A stretch of 64,000 nt of DNA from a virus (Duplodnaviria > Caudoviricetes), in the IMG/VR virus record IMGVR_UViG_3300032319_000326, positions 1 through 64,000 of that record; one strand, given 5' to 3'. The translations under genes were made by a program, and so were the position numbers. Within the stretch, counting starts at the first letter, position 1, and every line of letters begins with the position of its first letter. This document shows, piece after piece, positions 56,190-64,000 of this stretch. The notes beneath the pieces are model-generated. The model was not told where the DNA came from, searched no databases, and was given only the letters and a program-made list of their open reading frames with translations.

Positions 56190-59100
56190 ATGCCAATACA
56201 AGAAGGCGGTACATTCGCCCCAACACAAAATATAGTAAGTCCAGGAGTTTTCACAAGAGAAAATGACCTGTCAGGTTTAGCACAAGGAGTAGCCAATATC
56301 GGCGGAGCTATAGTGGCTCCGTTCGCCGATGGTCCAGCATTCTTCCCAGCAACAATTACCGACGTAGCCACTTTGGAAAGTCGTTTCGGTGTAGCCGATG
56401 GAGTGTATTATGGTCCATATACCGCAAAAGAATATCTACAACAACAAGGTATCGTTACAATTGTTCGTGTAGGTGGTCTAACTGGTTATTGGCAAAAGAA
56501 TCCATTACTTGTTTATGCTCAACCAGGTGAATGGTTAAGAAATGGTGATGTAGGTGCAATTACAACTGCATCTTTCATGTATCTAGACAGTAATAGTTAT
56601 ACTACAAATATTAACTATCAACAAAGTAGTTCTGTTCTATTATCATCTGGTAGTAAGGCAGGATCCGCTGAGTTTAGAAACGTCACAAACTATTTCAGTG
56701 TAACTAAAGCTACTAACAGTCAAATTTTAAGTTTTGTATCTCAAATTTCAAGTTTACCAAATGCTTTAACACTATCAGCATCGTTAGCAAATTCTGCTAG
56801 TAAGGGTAAAGTATTGAAAATTACAACCAGTCGATATAACTCTCTATTCACAGGATCCGCTGTTAGAAGAGGTAAGACTGTAAGCGATACTTCGGGATAT
56901 ACACTAGCAGCATTTGACTTTGCAAAGTCAAGATTGTCTGGATCTTTGTCATCGAGTTATACCGTTAGATCCGAATCTGTACTAAAATTTGATACAGCAA
57001 CTTTTGCTTCTACAGGAGGCAGTCAAAATGCAGCTCCAACTCCACCACAATCTTATTTCAGTTATTTAACAGCATCATATACACTGTCAGGCGCTAACAT
57101 TGTATATGGATTAGTATTTGGTAAAAATTCATTAGCAGCATCTAACAATGTAAACTTTAGTTCTGTTACTTATAATTTAAATCTATCTACCGGAAGTTAT
57201 TGTTTTAGATATGATAACTCCAGACTGTATTTAAGTGGTTCATCAAATATCACATTTGGTCCAAAAACAGCAACCAGTGCTATAGACGCAAATGCGGTTG
57301 ATGGTGTAAATGGTCCTACTGGTTCCGGATTAAGTGGTAGTATTTTATATGCTGGTCAAAAATTGAATATTGGTGGAATTGGTCCTATATTATTTACACG
57401 TAAAAATGTAGATAACAGTGTTTATCCATATTATTATTTGACTTCAAGTGTACAAGGACAAGCTATAAGTGAAGAAACAGCAATCTCTACAGCATTTGCA
57501 GAAAGTACAACTACAACCGCATTAGTATCCAGTTCTTACTTCGGCAATACTACTGGAAACGTAGTTGTTAATTATAATCCGACTGTAATTAATGTAGGTT
57601 CTACCGGATTAAAATATGTGAGTGGTAGTTTCGCCTCTATCAGAAAAGTAGGTACATGTGTTGCCGGTCTACAACTTAAAGGTGTAATTAGTGGTGCTTT
57701 CGGTAAATATAATGGAAGTTTCCAAAACCAAGATAATCCAGGTAATGATCCGTGTAACCCAAATACAGCCGGTCGTCAAAAGATGATTTTGGCAGTATTG
57801 GCTAACACACAAAATGCTTCAACACAATTTAGTAACGATTATGAAGTATACGGATTCAACACTTCTACAATGTCACAATTAACAAGTAGTGTTTATCCAT
57901 ACAACGGATTAATCAATCCTAACGAAAACGTTTATAACTTGGCATTGAAGTATAACTTCTCAAATACAAATGGTAGTATAAGTGCTGGTACATATGGTTA
58001 TTATGATTTCAGCTTGAATGAAAATGATAATAACTACATCAAGGACGTATTCGGAATTGATCCTACAGTAGGTAATCCTAACAAGCAAATCGCCGGTCAA
58101 AAGGTCGAAGCTGCTTACAACTACGTTCTATTCGAAGATAGTATTAAGAAGTTCGTAGCTGAAAAGACAAGTACTCTTGGTTGGAGATTGTTGGTAGGTA
58201 CCAGTACTCTATCCGGCAGTTCAGTTATCGGCGAACCTCTAAAGTTTGTTGATCAGTACAGTACAAATCTAAGTGCTGGAGATAGTCAATTTGGTATTAC
58301 AAATGCTTATACACCTTACATTTATAGTCAACAAATTGCTCCGTTCAGAAGTAGTGCGAATGAAGCTGCTGTCCCAACTAAGTTCCAATTGTTCAAAGTA
58401 CATACTTTAAGCGACGGTAGTTTGAGTAACAAAAAATTCAAGATTGAAATTAGCAATGTTAAGTTAGCCGGTACAGTTCCAGGCAGTGATTGGGGTACAT
58501 TCACCGTAGCAGTACGTGATTATAGTGATACGGATAAGAAGCCAAAATATTTGGAAATCTTCCAAAATTGTAACTTAGATCCCGATTCCGCTAACTTCGT
58601 AGCCCGTAAAATTGGTAATAGATATGCTTACATCACGTTTGCAGGTAAGATTATCCAATTTGGCGATTATGTTAATTTGAGTAAATATATTAGAATTGAA
58701 ATGGCAGATGGATCTTATCCAGTTTCTTCTGTACCATACGGATTCGAAGCATATAATACACCAATTGATAGTACTGCAAGTACATATATTCCTTATATTC
58801 AATATAGCAAGGCAAGTATTTATGGTTTAGCACCAGGCAAGTATCCATCAGGTACTGTATTTGGTGCTGTACCACAAAGTGATGATGAAATTCTATCTCT
58901 ATATCCAACCTCTTCGTTTGGTGTAGGTGTAGAAAATAATACTCAACAATACTTCAAACCACTACCATACTTTGGTAGTACAGATGCAAACGGTCAAAAT
59001 ATTGACTTCGATCTTGAAGATAAAGTTTGGGGTACAAGTACAGCTAAATATTACGCGCAAGGCGTTCCAGCAAGTACTGGTTCACTACTAGCTCCAAGTT

Positions 59101-60158
59101 TGAGTGGTAGTATCCCAAGTACATATGATGCTGTAAATGAATCTACATATGTTAAGTTACGTAAATTCGTAATCGGATTCCAGGGTGGATTTGAAGGTCA
59201 GTGGCCAGCAATTCCAATCAATGTAGGTAGTAGCATTACAGCCGGTAATACACAGGGCCTAGATTGTACAAGTATCAATAGTCCTGGTAGTATCGGTTAC
59301 AAACAATGTATTGCTGCTCTAAGTAATGCGGATGAATTCGATATCAACTTGATCGTGTTGCCTGGTATCTTCCGTGAAGTACACAGTTATGTTACCGAAT
59401 TGGTAATCAATATGTGTGAAACTCGTCAAGATTGTTTCTACATTATGGATAACGTAGTGTTCCCAGCAAGCAATCAAACTGTAGGATTGATTGATGCAGC
59501 AATTAACAGTGTTGCTACAATCGACAGTAATTATGTAGGTACTTATTATCCTTGGGTTAAGATCCTAGATACTAATACCAACAAGATCATCAGTGTTCCT
59601 CCTTCAGTGGTATTACCAGCAGTTTACGCTGCTAACGATAACTCCGCTGCTGAATGGTATGCTCCCGCGGGTTTAAACCGTGGTGGTATTCCAACAGCTG
59701 TACAAGTACTTGATAGAGTAAATCACAGTGAACGTGATACCTTGTACGAAGGTCGTGTAAATCCAATCGCAGCATTTCCTGGTCAAGGTATCTGTGTATG
59801 GGGTCAAAAGACTCTACAAATCGCCCCAAGCGCTTTGGATCGTATCAATGTACGTCGCTTGTTGATCAACTTGAAGAAGTTTATCGCAAGTTCAAGCAAC
59901 TACTTGGTATTTGAACAAAATGTTGCTTCTACAAGAAATCGTTTCTTGAGTATTGTAACTCCATACTTGGAATCAGTACAACAACGTAACGGTATCTACG
60001 CATTCCAAGTCAAGATGGATGCTGAAAACAATACTCCTGACCTAATTGATAGAAATATCCTATATGGTCAAATCTTTATCCAACCAACTCGCACAGCTGA
60101 GTTCATTATACTTGATTTCAACATACTCCCATCGGGCGGCGCCAGCTTTAGTGCTTAA
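56190..60158 (+). CDS. tail sheath protein (gp18-like) with large insertions
   Basis: SPGVFTRE, WYAPAGLNRG, VNPIA, WGQKTL, RINVRRL, QPTRTAEFI. Confidence 0.95.
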   Translation: MPIQEGGTFAPTQNIVSPGVFTRENDLSGLAQGVANIGGAIVAPFADGPAFFPATITDVATLESRFGVADGVYYGPYTAKEYLQQQGIVTIVRVGGLTGYWQKNPLLVYAQPGEWLRNGDVGAITTASFMYLDSNSYTTNINYQQSSSVLLSSGSKAGSAEFRNVTNYFSVTKATNSQILSFVSQISSLPNALTLSASLANSASKGKVLKITTSRYNSLFTGSAVRRGKTVSDTSGYTLAAFDFAKSRLSGSLSSSYTVRSESVLKFDTATFASTGGSQNAAPTPPQSYFSYLTASYTLSGANIVYGLVFGKNSLAASNNVNFSSVTYNLNLSTGSYCFRYDNSRLYLSGSSNITFGPKTATSAIDANAVDGVNGPTGSGLSGSILYAGQKLNIGGIGPILFTRKNVDNSVYPYYYLTSSVQGQAISEETAISTAFAESTTTTALVSSSYFGNTTGNVVVNYNPTVINVGSTGLKYVSGSFASIRKVGTCVAGLQLKGVISGAFGKYNGSFQNQDNPGNDPCNPNTAGRQKMILAVLANTQNASTQFSNDYEVYGFNTSTMSQLTSSVYPYNGLINPNENVYNLALKYNFSNTNGSISAGTYGYYDFSLNENDNNYIKDVFGIDPTVGNPNKQIAGQKVEAAYNYVLFEDSIKKFVAEKTSTLGWRLLVGTSTLSGSSVIGEPLKFVDQYSTNLSAGDSQFGITNAYTPYIYSQQIAPFRSSANEAAVPTKFQLFKVHTLSDGSLSNKKFKIEISNVKLAGTVPGSDWGTFTVAVRDYSDTDKKPKYLEIFQNCNLDPDSANFVARKIGNRYAYITFAGKIIQFGDYVNLSKYIRIEMADGSYPVSSVPYGFEAYNTPIDSTASTYIPYIQYSKASIYGLAPGKYPSGTVFGAVPQSDDEILSLYPTSSFGVGVENNTQQYFKPLPYFGSTDANGQNIDFDLEDKVWGTSTAKYYAQGVPASTGSLLAPSLSGSIPSTYDAVNESTYVKLRKFVIGFQGGFEGQWPAIPINVGSSITAGNTQGLDCTSINSPGSIGYKQCIAALSNADEFDINLIVLPGIFREVHSYVTELVINMCETRQDCFYIMDNVVFPASNQTVGLIDAAINSVATIDSNYVGTYYPWVKILDTNTNKIISVPPSVVLPAVYAANDNSAAEWYAPAGLNRGGIPTAVQVLDRVNHSERDTLYEGRVNPIAAFPGQGICVWGQKTLQIAPSALDRINVRRLLINLKKFIASSSNYLVFEQNVASTRNRFLSIVTPYLESVQQRNGIYAFQVKMDAENNTPDLIDRNILYGQIFIQPTRTAEFIILDFNILPSGGASFSA

Positions 60159-60166
60159 TTAAACAC

Positions 60167-60195
60167 AAAAACCCCATCGTAATTGATGGGGTTTT
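60167..60195 (+). terminator. intrinsic terminator
   Basis: AAAACCCCATC/GATGGGGTTTT. Confidence 0.8.
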
Positions 60196-60248
60196 ATTTT
60201 ATTTATTAGGATTTTAACTTTTTACCCACTCATATACTATTTATTAAT

Positions 60249-60599
60249 ATGAAGGATATTAAAAGAATTTGTGAATGGACCGGTCAAGAATTTTATGTCG
60301 ATTTTAAACATAGAAACCAAAGATTTATAGATAAAAATGCAATGTATTCGTGGAGAAAAAATCAAAATAGAGAAATGATTAAATGTTTAAAGTGTGGAAA
60401 AGACTTTGAAAGATATAAAAATATATTACATCCGACGAGCGGAAAGCCTACTCAGTACTGTTCAAATGATTGTAATAGAACTTCTATTGAAAAACGAGAA
60501 AAATTAAAAAACTGGGCAAATTCAAACAAGAATCATTGGTTTAATAAAAAATGTCAATCAAAAGTAAAAACAACAAATTTTCTTTTTTTGACTTTTTGA
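60249..60599 (+). pseudogene. truncated homing-endonuclease N-terminal Zn-binding part
   Basis: CLKC...YCSNDC; ends at KVKTTN without a nuclease domain. Confidence 0.55.
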
Positions 60600-60635
60600 A
60601 GTTTGGTGTAATATTTATCTATTAGATAAGGAGTA

Positions 60636-62147
60636 TTGTATATGACTGAACGAGGTAAAAAAATAAGAGAAGCATTTTTCAAAAAGTATGGTGTTTATCA
60701 TCCGTCTCAATTGCCTGAAGTTAAAGCTAAAATAAAGCAAAAGAGAGACAGTGGTGCGTATGACAATATGGTAAAAAAGATGAAGGATACTCTAAAAGAA
60801 AAATATGGAGATGAAAACTATAACAATGTAGAGAAGGGAAAACGCACCAAATTGGAGAAATATGGAGATGAAAACTATAATAACAGAGATAAAATGACGC
60901 AGACCAACAATAAGAAATATGGAATGAATGTTTCACCTAACACTCTTAAAAGAACTCAAGAACGTGCATCTAATGGAGATATTGGTTTTAAATCTGATCA
61001 GTTTAAACAATATCTTGAAGATAATAATATAAAAAATGTGTCTCAATTATCGTGCGTTAAAGAAAAAAAGAGACAGGAGAAGATCAATTGTATGGTTGCA
61101 AATATTTTTGACGGCGGGCGTCTTAATAACGTTGTGTTACCTATTTTTCGACGAGAAGAATATACGGGGTGTGATTATGATAAAATGTATAAGTTTAAAT
61201 GTTGTAAATGCAACAATGAATTTCAAGATAACTTATACTCTGGAAATATTCCACGTTGTTTGAATTGTTATCCTCACAATAGGTTTAAGTCATCAATAGA
61301 AACGGAGATTTTAGATTTCTTACATTCGTATAACATAGAAACAAAACATCATGATAGAACTATTTTAAATGGATACGAAATTGATATATCAATACCATCA
61401 CGCAATTTTGCAATTGAATGTGATGGAGTTTATTGGCATAGTGAAATTGCTGGTAACAAGAACAAACATTATCATCTTAACAAAACTTTAAAGTGTAATC
61501 AGCAAAATATTCAATTGATGCACATATGGGATTGGGAATGGTGGTGTAAACAAGATATAATAAAAAGTATTTTATTAAGTAAGCTTGGTAAGTCCAAAAG
61601 AATATTTGCACGTAAATGTGAAATAAAACAAGTGATTAATGACGAAAAAGCTGCATTTTTGACCGATAACCATATACAGGGAAATGATACATCATCTATC
61701 AGATTGGGATTATATCACAACGATGTTTTGGTCTCACTAATGACGTTTGTTAAATCTAGATATGACAAAAAATATCAATATGAGTTATCTAGATATTGTA
61801 ATATATTAAACACAAATGTAATAGGGGGTGCATCTAAACTATTCAGTTATTTTGTAAAAAATCACGATGTAAATTCGATTGTAACGTATAGTGATAGAAG
61901 ATTGTTTACTGGTAATTTATATAAACAAATTGGTATGTCATTTGTAGATAACACTCCGTCTGGATATCACTATTTTCATAAAAACAAAGGGGTACCAATT
62001 GAAAGAACACATTTTCAAAAACATAAATTGAAAGAAAAGCTTGAAAAATTTGATATTAGTTTAAGTGAATGGCAAAATATGCAAATTAATGGTTATGATA
62101 GAATTTGGGATTGTGGACATATGAAATTTAGTTGGAATCGTAAATGA
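60636..62147 (+). CDS. free-standing homing endonuclease (KYG repeats plus PD-(D/E)xK, Hef-like)
   Basis: EKYGDENYNN repeats; EIDI...AIECDGVYWHS; IFARKC...NHIQG...RIWDCG. Confidence 0.85.
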   Translation: MYMTERGKKIREAFFKKYGVYHPSQLPEVKAKIKQKRDSGAYDNMVKKMKDTLKEKYGDENYNNVEKGKRTKLEKYGDENYNNRDKMTQTNNKKYGMNVSPNTLKRTQERASNGDIGFKSDQFKQYLEDNNIKNVSQLSCVKEKKRQEKINCMVANIFDGGRLNNVVLPIFRREEYTGCDYDKMYKFKCCKCNNEFQDNLYSGNIPRCLNCYPHNRFKSSIETEILDFLHSYNIETKHHDRTILNGYEIDISIPSRNFAIECDGVYWHSEIAGNKNKHYHLNKTLKCNQQNIQLMHIWDWEWWCKQDIIKSILLSKLGKSKRIFARKCEIKQVINDEKAAFLTDNHIQGNDTSSIRLGLYHNDVLVSLMTFVKSRYDKKYQYELSRYCNILNTNVIGGASKLFSYFVKNHDVNSIVTYSDRRLFTGNLYKQIGMSFVDNTPSGYHYFHKNKGVPIERTHFQKHKLKEKLEKFDISLSEWQNMQINGYDRIWDCGHMKFSWNRK

Positions 62148-62163
62148 TCACTATTTATATATT

Positions 62164-62454
62164 ATGATACGATTGACTCAAATTATTGAAGATTTAACCA
62201 AACCACAGATTAAAGAAGCTGTAGATCCATCTCTTTTAAAGTTAATTGACGAAGTAATTAATGACACAAATGTTTTGGTAGTTAATAATTTAAAGATGGT
62301 AAAAGACATTCTTTCAAAAGAACCAATTGATAAAGCTAGATTAGACGTGGCTCTAAGCAACTATAAACGTTATTTTAATAGAGACAACGGTGGCACGCCT
62401 GAAGTTATTCGTGGTATGACAATGCAAAATAAACTAGACAAGTTATCAAAATGA
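62164..62454 (+). CDS. hypothetical protein, putative head-packaged
   Basis: MIRLTQIIE leader; TATTTATA upstream. Confidence 0.75.
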   Translation: MIRLTQIIEDLTKPQIKEAVDPSLLKLIDEVINDTNVLVVNNLKMVKDILSKEPIDKARLDVALSNYKRYFNRDNGGTPEVIRGMTMQNKLDKLSK

Positions 62455-63236
62455 TTAGTTTAACCGATCTATTGTTAGAAGCTAAACTTCCTCAAAGCGA
62501 GCAAGATATGGATCTTTATGCTCGTAAATACAAGAAAACAATAGATTATTTACGTACCAAGAATAAAGTATTGTTGCTTACAACCAGTAATAGATGGAGT
62601 CAACACAAAGACGATGTTCCCAAGAGTACTCAATTAGCAATCAAAATACAAGAACTATTAGGTAAAGAGAAAGTAACATTAATTGAAGTACCCAGTTTAA
62701 ATATAGTTCCATGTGAAGGCAATGTAAGTAGTAATTTGAAATACGATGGTAATCACTGTGGCGCAGTAAAAGCACTATTAAAAGATAAAGATAAAAATCC
62801 AAGCGGTAACCATTGTTGTTGGGCAAGTATCAATGAAAAAGGAGACGAACTTTGGAAGATTACCAAAGAATTATTTCAGAGTGATTGTGTTGTATTTTTT
62901 GCAAGTGTTAGGTGGGGCCAAGCCAATGGTTATTATCAGAAACTAATTGAAAGATTAACTTGGATTGAGAACAGACATTCTACACTCGGAGAAAAGAATG
63001 TTGTAAAAGACATTGAAGCTGGATTTATTGCGGTTGGCCAAAACTGGCACGGTAAACAAGTTGTAGAAACACAAAGAGCTGTGTTGGGAGATTATTATAA
63101 ATTTAAAACATCAGATCAATTGTTCTGGAATTGGCAATTTACACAAGATGACACTGACGAAACAAATCGTTCCTACAACAAAGCTATTACAACATTTGAC
63201 AAAACATTTTTAAAACCATATGATAAGACTAAATAA
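62451..63236 (+). CDS. flavodoxin-like (NADPH-dependent FMN reductase family) protein
   Basis: LLLTTSNR...KST, I.PCEG, SDCVVFFASVRWG, KLIERL. Confidence 0.75.
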   Translation: MISLTDLLLEAKLPQSEQDMDLYARKYKKTIDYLRTKNKVLLLTTSNRWSQHKDDVPKSTQLAIKIQELLGKEKVTLIEVPSLNIVPCEGNVSSNLKYDGNHCGAVKALLKDKDKNPSGNHCCWASINEKGDELWKITKELFQSDCVVFFASVRWGQANGYYQKLIERLTWIENRHSTLGEKNVVKDIEAGFIAVGQNWHGKQVVETQRAVLGDYYKFKTSDQLFWNWQFTQDDTDETNRSYNKAITTFDKTFLKPYDKTK

Positions 63237-64000
63237 CATTTTAAGTGAAGTAATACAAGAAGGCGGCGCAGGTGGACATATGGCACATCCATTTGATTTT
63301 GTAAATACTGGTGCTAAATTAGTAGATGTATTTGCGAAATCAGTAAAGTCTTTGAAGCAAGGTGCCGGTAGTGTAAAGATTGACGGTGTTAATGCAAGTA
63401 TCCGTATGGTAAACGGCCAATTTGTGATGGATCGTGGATCAGCAAAGCCACTTGATATTAAAGGAATGAGACCTGAAGATCTAACTGCTAGATTTTTACC
63501 AAATCCAGAGACTGGGGTTGCCCACGGATTTATTAAGATTGGTTCTACGGTAATTCAGATATTTGACGACGCAATTTCATCTACACAATCTGAGTTAAAG
63601 ACATTGGGGTTATTAGACAATCCGAATATACTATTCAACATTGAATATGTAGAGGGACAAACGAATGTACTTGGATATGGAGAAATAGGAAACTTTTTAG
63701 CTATTCATGGATTAAAAGAAATTAAACCAAAAACTTTTGGTAAAGATGGAAGTGTTAAATCAAGAGAAGCTGTTGAAATACCATATGACAAAATAGCAAT
63801 GCAGTCTTATATAAACAAATTAAATGTAGTTGCTATGAAACGTGGTTTTAAGGTATTGGGTAGTGTTGATACTACTTTCAAATCAAAACCAAACCTAGCG
63901 AATGTTTTGACACAATCAGTTACATTGTATCCTACGGGAGAAGCTGTAACTAAGTCTTTGAAAGACTGGTTAAAAGGATTAAAGTTTACTACTCCACTAA
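63220..64000 (+). CDS. partial ORF, ligase/nucleotidyltransferase-like (KxDG), runs off the window
   Basis: hand translation MIRLNNILSEVIQEGGAGGHMAHPFDF...SVKIDGVNAS; no stop seen before 64000. Confidence 0.7.
   Translation, partial: MIRLNNILSEVIQEGGAGGHMAHPFDFVNTGAKLVDVFAKSVKSLKQGAGSVKIDGVNASIRMVNGQFVMDRGSAKPLDIKGMRPEDLTARFLPNPETGVAHGFIKIGSTVIQIFDDAISSTQSELKTLGLLDNPNILFNIEYVEGQTNVLGYGEIGNFLAIHGLKEIKPKTFGKDGSVKSREAVEIPYDKIAMQSYINKLNVVAMKRGFKVLGSVDTTFKSKPNLANVLTQSVTLYPTGEAVTKSLKDWLKGLKFTTPL

Noticed and set aside
17980-62826. Numerous minus-strand and nested track ORFs (e.g. 28121-28765, 30839-31252)
   Set aside because: Antisense shadows of long plus-strand genes with no motifs of their own.

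Overview
A 64-kb segment of a large AT-rich tailed phage (jumbo myovirus-like, T4-type baseplate, sheath and late-sigma homologues). Almost all genes are on the + strand and use the standard code. A DUF4032-like peptide and an outer-membrane beta-barrel point to a Gram-negative host, probably Verrucomicrobia/PVC (inference). Layout: (1) 1-2.5 kb, repeated strong sigma70 promoter plus short near-leaderless ORF cassettes. (2) 2.5-3.3 kb, a G-rich non-coding compositional boundary. (3) 3.3-6.5 kb and 9.4-12.5 kb, two tRNA arrays holding about 25 tRNAs plus atypical, interrupted and partial ones and two free-standing endonucleases. Each array opens with the same structured leader RNA and is interleaved with non-tRNA stem-closed RNAs. 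A tmRNA lies at 14.66-15.05 kb. (4) Glycosyl/methyltransferases, PhoH, Hsp20, tail fibres, a gp55-like sigma factor and a baseplate/tail module (12.5-44 kb). (5) RuvC, primase, a fractured SbcD/SbcC (gp47/gp46) gene, a second glycosylation cluster, tail sheath, homing endonucleases and putative head-packaged proteins. The strongest candidates for new biology are in the RNA arrays (conserved leader RNA, tRNA-Asn with a nested tRNA-like insert, a tRNA shell with a 125-nt extra domain, systematic elbow remodelling) and the intein-less fractured SbcD. All calls were made by eye, with no database searches or folding software.
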